NCBI RefSeq assembly: GCF_003704095.1
Contig: NW_020845652.1
Coordinates: 1 to 64,000 of the forward strand
DNA length: 64,000 nt
Origin: Pocillopora damicornis
Lineage: Eukaryota
Direction of reading: 5' to 3'
The translations under genes were made by a program, and so were the position numbers. The notes under the pieces were generated by a model that had not been told where the DNA came from, made no database searches, and worked only from the letters and a program-made list of their open reading frames with translations. Below, piece after piece: positions 11,448-23,900 of this stretch (position 1 is its first letter; each line of letters begins with the position of its first letter).

Positions 11448-11639
11448 ATGGCCGAAACTTTAATAGAGGAAGGCGAACGTCCAACTACAGAAAGACTAGA
11501 GCGACAAGTAATCGTTCGTCAGGTCACCCCTGAACTCCCAGTACATTTAAAACTCCTGTTGGCATCAACAATTGTTCTAGTTGTACTCGTCTTAGGGACG
11601 ATAATTTATTTTATATACGCTAAATATGCAAACGAATGA
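11448..11639 (+). CDS. 63-aa single-pass membrane microprotein (upstream ORF), family unknown
   Basis: Strong start context AACAATGG; charged N-terminus, then hydrophobic LKLLLASTIVLVVLVLGTIIYFIY near the C-terminus. The exon continues past the stop to a donor at 11682/11683. Confidence 0.55.
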   Translation: MAETLIEEGERPTTERLERQVIVRQVTPELPVHLKLLLASTIVLVVLVLGTIIYFIYAKYANE

Positions 11640-14097
11640 CAGCAGCGAGAACTACGGAGCAGATACAGGTGTCTGCTCACAGGTAGGCCGATATCTTTGC
11701 TTGTTTTATCCTATGTCCGCCTCGATTTGTAATTCAGACTCAGCTCGCAAGGTGACGATTTCGGATTTTCAGTAAAAAAACTTCACGATTTTAAGCGTTT
11801 ACACGCAACTGGAACTGTTGAAAATAATTATTAACGCTTCGGTTTTTGTTGTCCAATGCCGATATGCCTATAAGATTTTTCAAAGATTTAAAATTAAACA
11901 CACGTTCGTATAGTGTATCCATACAATCGCAATTTTACATTTTCATCCAGAAAATTAGGGAAACAGCTTTAACTTTGAAAAGAAATTTACATTTCGAGGA
12001 TAAACAATATTCCATTCTCTACAAGCCTAAATTGACGTGCTCTTCAAAATGAAAAGCGATAATTTTGGCAAGTTTTGAAAACCTTCTCATTAAATATTCA
12101 CATGAAAAGCAGGTTCTTTGCGAATATTTTAATTCCAGTCGTGTTGGTGTAGATCAAATTTTCCTGAAGAAAACATGAGTTTGAAGCTCATCCTTCACGT
12201 TCGCCAAACAAAATTAACGCTTATTTCTTTTTTTATTTCCTTTCTGTCAGTTTACTAGTGAAGATGCACGGAACGACTTGGACTTTGCCGGAAAACAGAT
12301 GTTTTGTAACGATGAAGAGTTTTGGTAATATTTTACACAATACCCATAAATGTCCTTGGCTCTAATTACCTATTCTAAAGGGAAAAAACTAATTTGGAAT
12401 GTTATTTATGTAATAGTCAGATTTGACGGCAAAAAAATATATTTTGTCGAGACTTTCGGTAACCATGTGAACATTTATGCTAATTCCATTCTGACAGAAA
12501 TGAGTTTTCGCGTTTTATTTTGACTTAACGTGATTTCGGCTTCAACCCAGAATTCGGCAATCAATTAGTTTCACGTGAAAAGAAAATTAAAGAAAAAGCG
12601 TTTTTTCGGTTTTTCATAAAAAGTATGTCGAACTACCAGCTCTGTACGGTCGTTCATCACCTCAGGCTCTTGCATATTCCGTGTAGTTTATCTAGATTAT
12701 CAACTTCAGGATTGTTAAAAGAATATAATGAGCTGCTTCGGAACTTAGTAAAATGTACATTTAAAACCACCGAGACTAAACAATGTAATAGCAGTTTTAA
12801 TTATCCATGGCAAAAAGGATATTACTTACAGCTTATAATGAACCCATTTCCATTATCTTAATGAATAGCACCACGGAAAAAGCCCACAAGGATGCGAATG
12901 GATCGCCACAAACCAAGGCGCAATGGAATGTAAGCAGGTTATGTTTCAGCTGTATATTTTGCACACATACTTGAATGCTAAATGTTGAAACGTTTTCAAA
13001 AAGGTCTTCTTCGAAATATTTTTAAATCCAAAAAGATTACATTCATACCTCTCTCAAAGTTTACTTGAGCAAGTACAGTCTATTTTTTTTAAGTATATCA
13101 CGTTTCCAAACTAAACTAAATCAATGTTACTGCGACAAATTAACTTTTCTGAATTATTTGTCTTAGGACATCACTTTCAGCAGTGATGATCTAGGTCAAA
13201 CTGGTGATTCTGAAAGTAAGTCATACACAGCCATATGAGTTTAAAACGACTGCTGAGCCATATTTGCTTGGCTCAAGCTAGCAGTTGATGCTTACCAGTA
13301 ATTGCAAAAATAGAAGTGTCATATCGGGTTAAGGGTTAAACCCACTCGTGACAAATCAAGTGGACTGAGAAAAGTGGACCCTCCCCCAGATTACCAACAA
13401 TCACGCAAAAGAAATCAAAGGCATTGCGGAGAGACTATGGTTTGAGCCAGACTCCACTAAAATCCACTAAGACAATGTTAATCTTTAACTCAATCATAAT
13501 TTCATCTGGTGGGTTACAGGGTTCAATGTACTTGGTTTGGGAATGGAAACATTATCATGGTTGAACTGGTTCATCATTTTACTTGGCACTGTATTCTTAG
13601 AGAGTACCACAAATTAATTTCCATTCATGCAAAAAGACACCAAAAAGTTTTTTTTGTGCGTGTGTGTGTGTGGTCAATTTTTTAACCACTCAGGCTCTTT
13701 GTTACCCGCTTATTAATTATATCTTGCCAACCTTCTATGATACAAATCATTTTGAGGAAATAAAAATGTCTTTCACCAACAGCATATCCTGATACCTATG
13801 AAAACATGATATCAAGGATGGGTGAAATTGAGAAGACTTTGGTAACTGTTAAAGAAACATTATCCGCAGCAAGTGGTTAGTATGAAACAATCGACAGTAC
13901 GGATGAATGAAACCAGAGAAGCATGGAAAGTAATTCAATACTCTTTTCCTTTTTTCTCAACAGTGCGTTGCCATCTGCTTAATGTTGATGTTGTTACAAC
14001 GTTTAGTCCAGAAATGCTGGACATCCTGAACATAACGAAGGAACAGTGTGAAGACTGTATAAAAGCAATGAAGACTTTGTCTGCTGAGGACTACTGA
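11626..14097 (+). CDS. SYCE3-like protein with acidic N-terminal extension, 155 aa; exons 11626-11682, 12251-12324, 12869-12929, 13167-13215, 13783-13875, 13964-14097
   Basis: Six exons with GT-AG sites and consistent phases (0,2,0,1,1) give one open frame ending YENMISRMGEIEKTLVTVKETLSAASVRCHLLNVDVVTTFSPEMLDILNITKEQCEDCIKAMK, which aligns by eye to vertebrate SYCE3. First exon and start codon are the least certain part. Confidence 0.65.
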
Positions 14098-14908
14098 CCA
14101 AAAAATATATGTATATAGACTTAATGAGAAGGCTCATGAGTACTCTTAAAATTCCTACAATGCGTTTGGAAGAGGCAACTGAATAGCTATTCTTTGTTTA
14201 TTGCACAAAACATAACTGTGCCATATGTAATTTGTAAGAATAACATGGCATAGAGGATAATGACAATTTTCAGCCGTATTTTGATTATGCAAATTGCATG
14301 GTACACAATTTTCACATGTGACCTGGTTGTTGAAAAATAGAAGTGGCCTGAAAGCCCTTTGGTTTGCAATTGATGATTCAGATTAACTTCAATTCTTGGT
14401 GAAGAATTATAAATTTGAAGAATTGCTTCATTTAATACTTTGTACACAACAATGAGTTGTTGATACTATTTATTTCTGATATACAATTTATCTTGCAGCT
14501 AATATTTTACAATGTTGCTATTTATACAATAAACAAGAGAAAAAAATGCAAGGGTTTTTGTCTGTTTATCTAATTTCTAATAAATAACAAGCCTTATGTA
14601 CATTTCTGTCTAAACAATACATATTTTTTGTTTCAAAATATAAAAATTTCCCTTAAAAAATACATCATTTTAGGATGAACTGCCAATTAAATGGGATTCT
14701 ACTTACTTAGAAATAAGTAAATATTCAAACAAAATGTGCACAATTTTCATAATTCCACTGCATGAACATGTCACAATGGTGCAAAGACCAATGACAGTTA
14801 TTTTCCCTCAGGATTTATCTCCCTTAGTTTCCCCATGTTAATGAAAATTGATATCCAGTAATTTTGCATAGCCTTTGAAATTGAAAGTGAATTGTAACCT
14901 TTTTCTTG

Positions 14909-17900
14909 TTAACTATTGGGGCTTTCTGAAACCTGTTGTCTTATCCTCCTCAGAATGCTACTGTTCTTGACTTCTGTAGTATTTGGTCTTGCTTTCGGTG
15001 TTGCAGATAACAACCACTGCACCAATTCTGACTAAAATATGATCAGAACAAAAAAAAATTCAATTTTTAAAGCATATAAAAAGAAATAAAATAAAATATC
15101 AAACAAAACTCACAAGTGTGAAACATTAGCTGGCTCCTTAAAGCTAAAGGCCCAAGTAAGAAATATTCAAATGAGACGACCAAAGGGACCAGCTACCAAC
15201 AGTATATGACATAAATAAGGCACTGTACACTGTACCTGTAGTGGCATCTTTTTTTTAAAGTCACCTGGGATCACCCTCTGTTTAACACCACACATAACCT
15301 GTAATTAACAGTAACAAATACACAGTGAGTCTAAAAAAAAATTAATAAGCCTTTTTCCCACTGGTAATGGAAGCAATAACCAAATGATCAAGTGTTTCAT
15401 TCATTTGTTAAATTCCAGCCCAGCCATTTGTCAGTTTTTGTATGTTTTGAGAATTGAACCTAAATGTTTTTCATACTTGGACCACACCTTTCACTAAAGC
15501 AATAGCCTTCAGTACTAAATTCTGTATGAAATACATACTCTGAAGCCTATTAAGGTACTTTTATTGAAAAATCAAAAAGAGATATTTGTTGATTTCACAA
15601 AACATAGTTAATGGAAGGGAGGTGCCAATAAGAAATGCTGCAAACGCTTAAAAAGAATGCAAACATCAACTTCTCAGTAGAGAAAGTGAAGTCATCCCCT
15701 TAGCACTGTAACAGTCCAAAAAATATTAGAAGCTCACTACCTCAGGCTTGGTTAATAAAACTTACTAGCAATCTTGGTGTTCTTACCTTTATTCTTTCCA
15801 TTTGAGTACCAAATGGACAAAACAACTCAAAAAATATGAGTCCAAGGGAAAAGATGTCTACCTTGTGGGAATATGCCTTTCCCTCCATCTGAATATAATT
15901 AAGAGGAAAGAAATTAAGGTTAGTCTGTACTGGAAACAATAATGCTTTCTGTGAAATCTTTGGGTAACCAATCACAAAAAAAACTTCTAAATAAGAGTAC
16001 TAAAATTTATCTTGAACAGTAATTTTGTAAGATGGGCATTCCTTTCAAATACACAATTATGCTAATAATCTTTGACAGTGAAGAACAGGCCTTTGATAAA
16101 TAAATTACCTACATGTATGCCATACCAATTCAATAGCAGTACAAAACTTATGGCTCAAAAGGCATTTTCCAAGACAAGTGTGTGTCTAAAACATGACAAG
16201 TTACTAGTACTTATACTTGGCACAACTATATCACCCATTGTTCATACTCAGCACTACAAGCAAGCTTACCTGTTCTGGGCTCATATACAACTGTGTGCCA
16301 ACTTGGCTTGTATGATTCGTGTCATCCATTAGAGAATCTAAACAGATACCAAAGAAATATCTAAAAAATGCAGTTTGATAATCTCAGAGCTAACCTACAA
16401 AACAACTTTCAAGTAGCAATAAAAATCTGATTCTTTCAAGCAAGACAATTTACAACTAGTGATGGATGATGTGAGGCCCAGTTGTCTCTGTCAATGTTTC
16501 TAATGGTCCAGTTTGGTTTAAATGTTGCCATACCTTTAATGGGTGTGTCCAGGTTGTTTTCTGATGTGTGGGCCGTCACTAATCCAAAATCACCAACTTT
16601 CACTGAGCCATCCAGTGAAAAGAAGATATTAGATGGCTGTGAAATAGAATAGAGATATATATAAATGTTAGGAAAAATATGATTATTTCAAAGTTGAAAC
16701 TAATATTTACACACTGAGGCAATATTCATTGAACAAAATGTTACCCTGTATTACTAGCCTGTAAATCTATGAGAAAAGGGACTTCAAAGTTACTGGCTAC
16801 ATATTTCACATTTTTGATAGAAAATGAATCACTGTGTCCATAAGCTGATGCAATTACAAAATTAATTTAAGATGAAACATTGCATAAAAAGTGAATTTGC
16901 CATGATCCTTAATTACAAGTTGACTTTATGACCCCTTACAGTTCTGCCTCTTTTCCATTTGTTTGTAAAATTGCCCTTACCTTTAAATCTCTGTGCATAA
17001 GTCCTTTTCCATGAAAGTGCTCAACAGCACCTAGGATCTGTAACATGCAATAAATAATCAGCCTATTTGCTATTAACAATATGTTGGAATTCCATCATCA
17101 TGGAAGATGCATTTTACAGAAATAGAAATGTCTTTATTCCCACATAACAACCTTGGCATTTTCCACGTTCTAGGCTTGGGCTAATTATTTTTAATCAAGA
17201 GGTTTTGCTTCACATGTACACCAGATAATTGATAAGATGAAACTAAGCATCTTAAACCAAATCTTTGTCTGTTTGAGAAGAACAAAAGACAAAACAATGC
17301 CAGTAATGTGCTCATTTCTTAAGTAAAATGATACCTCTTCAAAGACATTCAGGCAGTATCCGTGGTCCCTTTCATGATTAGCTTTGAGCCAGTCTTTCAA
17401 GCTTTCTTGCTGACAAAGCTGCATCTGGATATATAGGTACAATGGTGCTGACAGCTTATCAGCATTGCATTGCTCATCCTGACAGTTATGCTTCTCTCCT
17501 AAAACATAAACATAGTTATAATGTTTAAAGCCAGATGAGCTTAAGGGCCTGGAACTCATTTAATGAATTAAGCATCAGAAAATTGAGTTCCTGGTCATAT
17601 ATTGCATGTTAATACTCATCCAAACACTTTTGGACAGGAAATTTAAACACAAGCATTGGTAAAAATTTTAAGAGTTAAATTCAATTTCTATTCCAAATAG
17701 AAACTGTAAGAGGCAAATATTTGCAAAGTCTTTGGACAAACATTAAGATAGCCTCCAATCATTTTAGCTTCCGTACAAAACTAGAAGAGAGCCTTCAAAG
17801 TTGGTAGCAACATAAGAAAAAAGAAATAATTAACTGATACATTTATCAGCTAAAATCTCTCTGGTTATGTTTTAAAGCTGCTTCACCTCTTTTCAACAAG

Positions 17901-20900
17901 ATAAGAGGCCAAAGAAAGGTGTCTATTTCCCTTTCACAAAACGATTTAAGTGCAATATAACATACTTAAGCAGAACTTGAAAAATTACAGTTTTCTTGTA
18001 TGTTTGGTCACATGTAGGCAAATTATGTTCATCTTACTGGAAAGTAGGGAGTGATGTGAAGAGGTTAACCAGAGTTCTTCTGAGGAGCTTGTTTCCTTGG
18101 ACATGGAATCCTGTGTGCTATCAGATGATGACAATGATCCAATGTTGCCTATGTTAACATCCTACAAAGAAAATAACACAAAATGTAACATGAAAATTCT
18201 AATGAGGGTTGATTCAGACTATTTCCTCGTCACATGGTAGAAATCCTAGGCTCATAATCGAATTCTTAGTTTATAACAGGTCAATGTGGTAACTATTTGA
18301 GGACAGATGTATCTGCACTACCAGGAGTGTAAGATATAAACATTTACTATTAGCTCAACAGTTTTGAGGAGTTTTCTCAAAAAATTCAGCAGGTCAAAAA
18401 AAAAAAAAAATTAAACTTGGCACAACCTTTTAAGCTTACAGTTTATCTATGAACAGCACTCTGTTATATACTGTTATTCTTATCATTACACAAACCTTGT
18501 TTTGACTCAAGCCAGAGTCTGAATGTCTGAAGATGATGCCGTGTGATGAACTTTCCTCCAAGGCATTGCGGTAAAATCCATTTTTGGGTACTGTCAGTTC
18601 TTTGTTACTTGATGAAGCAAATTCTATACTAAAAGAATCACTGATTTCATTTCTATCTAGAAATGCTTCATTCTCTAACTGATGGATATCAATGATCTCT
18701 CCATTAATTTTTCCATTGTCCTCATCTGGATTAGAGTGATAAGATGAATGCCTGGATCGGCTGCAGGAATTTGTTTTCTTCCTTCTTCTGGCCTTCTTTT
18801 CTTCACTTATGCCTGCAGGTTTGCAAAAATATTTCAAGACATTAAGTTTCATACTATAAATTTTGTTTTACCTTATTAACCCTGGAACCTTATGCGTGAC
18901 TAGCATCTAACTTCTCCTTAGAATATAACTACCAGAGCACACACTGAGGTCACAAGAATAAAAAAAAAATGAAGAAACTAAAGAAACTCTTGATTGATAA
19001 ACAAATTCTCCTTGTCAACACCTAAGGAAATATATAGAGTACAGTATGGAGACTATGCATACTGATGTGAAGGTGTAAAAGGGTTAACTCAATGCGTCCT
19101 TTTTTCATTTAATTTCCTTTTGATACTTTCTGAGACATATTGCCAATATATGTAGGCATGTATGAAAATGTATGTTCTACAAACTGTGCTAGAGAAATAT
19201 AGTAATTTAAAATAATCACCAATGATGACTGGAGAGTTTCAGAAATCAGATAGGAGAAATTCAGCAGTTCATATCAGTTCGCCCATCTCAACCAATCATC
19301 AAGTTTCTTTAACTAAAAAAATTAAGAACATAGCCCTAACCAACAGCACCAAATTAACCTCATGAGGCCTCACCATTTTGCAAGTACAATGCATCATTTG
19401 GTAATGCATGCATTGCAATCCCTGAACCAATTGAAGGTGCTTCTGATGGCAATTCACTGAATTCCCTTCATAATCAAACAAACAAATGAAGAAATCAATA
19501 TTAAAAAAAAACAATCAGACTTTTCCATTCAATCATATGTAATTTCCCTTGGAATAATTTTAAATACAAACAAAAGACTGATGAGTCTATACCCTTCTGC
19601 CAACATTTGTGCATCAAAATCATCCTGCCAGCCAACAGGTGGTTCTTCAAACCATGAGTTGTAATATCGCACTATGCTAGGATGTTCAAGTTTTGCCAAG
19701 GCTTTCACTTCCCGTTTCACTTTTTCCCTTGCTGCATCACTGGAGAAAGAGAAAATATAGTATGTCTCCTTAAAGAGAAATATTCAATCAGTTGAAAGAA
19801 CTAATAAAAGTAAAAAAACAATTATGTTCTAATGAGCCTCCAACACTTCCTACATAAAAACTATAAAACTAAATACACACAAGAAAATAACAAAACAATT
19901 TTAACACTGTTAAGATATCTGTGTTATTTATATGGGCTAGGTAACAGTCCTGTACAAAATATGATTTTATATGAAAGCCTACATTAGTTTTGCCTAACAT
20001 CTTGATGGATTTTCCAACAAAAAATTTACACTGTATATGGCTCACATTTTGGCATTCAAAGAAATTTGATAGGCCACCCTCCCCTCTCTTTAACCCTTTA
20101 ATCACTGAGAGCGACTAGCATCTAATTTCTCCTTTCAATATCACCCCTGAATCAAACAATAGGGTCAGGAGAATTAAGGAAATGATGATCAACTAAAGAA
20201 CCTCTTGATTGTTAAACAAATTCTCCTTGCTAGCACATTAGGAAATATATAGAGAGTAGTATAGAGAATATGCATACTGATGTTAAGGTGTAAACGGGTT
20301 AAGCCCCTCTCCCACCCCAACTCCCCCTCCCACCATCACCATAAGGGCTTATATGAGTGGGAGAACATTAAGTAATTGTTTGACAGGTAACAATTGAAGA
20401 TTGATGGTAAAACTTAGCCACCTAACATTCATTTTTGGATTTTGTGGTTCTGAAAAATGTGAGAACTTCAGCCTTTGAGACTTAATTGTTACATGTGACT
20501 ATACAATAGTCCATTTCCAAATAACCTTTAGCCTGTTTTTCAAAATGAGTCCTGGTGCTTATCTTTTCATATGATTAAAAATTGAGCACAAGGCCTTGTT
20601 TTGCCAGGTAATTTACATTCCCTTCATTTTAATTAATATCTGAAACTTATTTCTATTTAAATGAAAGCATATCAACAACATTACAATAAGACAATGACTT
20701 TGTATTATCCTCAAGTCTTAAAGTTTTTTATTAATTCAGCCAATTAATTACCAGTTTGGTAAACTTATCCTCTTGACAGCATAATTGCATTCATCCATTT
20801 TATTCTTCGCTTGAAACACAAGGCCAAAGCCTCCCTTGCCAAGGCACAGTTCATGTTCAAAATCAGTTACATATCTGCAAATGCAAAATAAAAATAACAG

Positions 20901-23900
20901 CTATTTTCTGATGAAAATAATAAACCTTTTGACCTTAATACCAGATATGTTGATATGTTTCAAACACAATATGATGATCCTCAGCTTCAAGTAATGTTGA
21001 AGCAATAAAGGGGGGGGAGTGTAAAGAATGGATAAAGAGAATCAAACAAGTAGTAAAAACACAGACCCAGGAAAATCTTCTGTTCCCCCTTTTATCAATA
21101 AAACTCAGACAAGCAAAGCAATTCTTGGGTTTTGTGCATCACTTTCCATAAACAAATTCAATTGATTAGTAACTTACTTAACTTACAAGCTTGGTGACTC
21201 ACCTTGAGACAAAAGAGTTTGTCTGTGATAAAGAATCTGGTGTGGTTGGAGTTGATGGTTCCTGTGAGTGAGAGAAAGAATACTGAACAAGTTGTGCAGA
21301 AGCCTAACTAGAGTATAAAACAGTTTGCAAGATGAGACTATCATTTCAAGAGAAAAGCCTCTCAGTCTCTGAAAATTGCTTAGAGCATTTTCTCAGTGAG
21401 TGTTTGAATTAGTCAAGGGGAACAACTAACATTAACAACAACCTGATCAGAAATCATTGTCATGTAAGGAGTTTCTTAGGTAGTGTTAATGCTCTGGTTT
21501 GTGGAAACTGATTGGTCTGTTTTTAAGTTTAGTTATTGGCACTGCAAAGCTTGAATAGAAATTGTACATTTAAATCAAGTAAAAATTTTCTTTGGAGGCA
21601 TTAATAACAATGTAAGTTCAGCATGTTCTTGTACCCATCTTTTGCACCTGTTGAATGACATTGGTAAGCTACCTTCCAGCACATAATAATTATGTAACAG
21701 CACAATAACCTGTAAAGATATTTCTCCATATACCTTGATTGTCTCCATTGATGCTGTAGAAGAATGTGGGGATGGTGTTAACGTAGCAGAAGACAACTTC
21801 TGGTCCTGAGTTATTGCTTCAGGCTGAAGTAAAATAAGAGATTTATATCAAATGAATCAATCGACTGTAAGGATTACTACATCATGAAGTTTAACACCAA
21901 ATTTTGTGGAATAAAAGAAAACAAAGAAGTGCTGATAAGATGTGAAAGGCAGAAGGGTTCAAACACTCACATTTCTTTTCTTGGATCCAGGAAAGAAGTG
22001 CAAAATAAACTGGACCATGACAGCAACAGCAGCTGTTACAAACAGGGCACCATACCTTACAAGAGAAACAATTCATGTTTATTCCATCGGTATGGTGTAC
22101 ATGTATTAGTAAATAAACACGATGACTGTAATTGAAATAATTCCTGCAAGCATTAGCTGTGCTCTTAATACTTCATCATATGTTTGCCCCTAAAAGTGCT
22201 TTTTTAAAACACAGAGCAGCTTCTTAAGAAAGAAAAGGTAACACAGCCTGTACCTGAATTATCTAAGAAAGTGTTGCTTTATTGAATTATCAATAATAGT
22301 ATTATCACATTAAGTTACAAAATTTAAATCTAAACTGTAGTTCTTAAATGTACATATAATTTTGTGTCTTGGTTATAACTCATTGTTAAACAATAATGAA
22401 AGTTTTGAAGTTCAATCTTCCTAATCTTGTCTGTGCTTTTGTGGTATTGTATGATAGCATCATTAGTATTGTAAATTAATATTAATAACATTTAAACATT
22501 AAGCTCAAAAAAAAAGTTGCAAAATTTATACTTAGATTCATTTCAGACAGTTATTCTTACCACCATCCTGAGAGATCATTACGATTCAGAGCTTTTTCAG
22601 AAGAGTTCTTGGATTTTCTGTCGAAAACATCCTCAGAGTCTACTGAAAGAAGTTGCTTATCCTGGGTATGTGGAGGAACCACAGGCATCACTTCACCCAA
22701 CAAGTAATAGCCATTATCTACAAATCAATAGGATACCAAAATTAACAGTGTTTCATTACATGCTTAACTTCAAACTGATCTCTCACCCAGGAGGAGTTAA
22801 AACTGGTTTATTTCCTTCTACATGGCTGCCACAGACATCAGTTTTAAAAATTTTCCCTGACTTCCCCTCAACAAAATAAAAGCTTCCCTGACTAATTATA
22901 AAAAAAAAATTGTAACAAACAGTTTGTCAGTTATTTTAGACTCCCTGTGCAAGCTTCCTCTCTGACCATTCATATATTCATCATAATTAACAATTATTCA
23001 CCAAAGTGGAGGTGAATAATTTTTTAAATTAGTATATACCACACAGATACCAAAAACACTTAGTTTATTTCTTTCAATATACTGAAGGAATGGTGGGAAA
23101 TTAAACTCATGATGTACAATTTTGTCTCATCAGCTGCTAGGAGGTGTACAGTGTAGAGTACTTGCTATTCTGATTCACAACCAAACTAGCCAATCAGCCA
23201 CACAAAAGTTGCTATTCAGTTGTGAGGTATGTACTTAATCAGTCAGAATGTTACAGCCTCAACAAAAGATGAGACAAAAGATGGAGTTATGGTTTCAATG
23301 TTCGCTGAATTGTCTTCAAAATTTAAAATTACCACAACTCTAAATAATAGTCAAAGACTTTTCCCTCACTTTAAGGAATTTTTCCCAGACAATTTTCAGA
23401 ACCATGGCAATCATGTTCAACTAGAGAAACCACTAGAAAAGATTGGCGAGTTGCAGCAACTAAAACAAGTCATTCTTGAATAACAACATGTAAGCATAAT
23501 TATCACCTATTTTCAGTCTACTAAATACCTATTTCCCAGGAGGGAGAATGAAATGATCATAGATTCTTCACAACAAGAAAATTTGTAATTCTATCACAAA
23601 GTCAACCTTTGATTTTTATAGGCATCATGTGTTTATCTTTTATTTAAAACTCCTTCTCATGTAAAATAGTCTGAAACACATAATTGATCTCAATTTACCA
23701 AATGGATATTCCAGAGGATTCCACACAGCTAACTCCTTTGTAACCACAGTTGGTGTGCGTGATGGTGAACTTGTCAAATATGGCCTCCATGTAACCTTCC
23801 TGAATCTTTGTGCCACTGCTTTGCCACTAACATCATCAATTCTAGCCACTACATTTTCCTGAGCTGGGTTAAATGGCTCTGATGTCTGAATGTAAACTTG

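Noticed and set aside
11245-11484. 79-aa minus-strand ORF overlapping the microprotein start
   Set aside because: No motifs and no supporting splice structure.
11637-11682. Stop read-through or selenocysteine at the TGA of the 63-aa ORF
   Set aside because: The read-through frame ends in phase 1, hits TAG at the main acceptor, and does not join the SYCE3-like frame. No SECIS seen.
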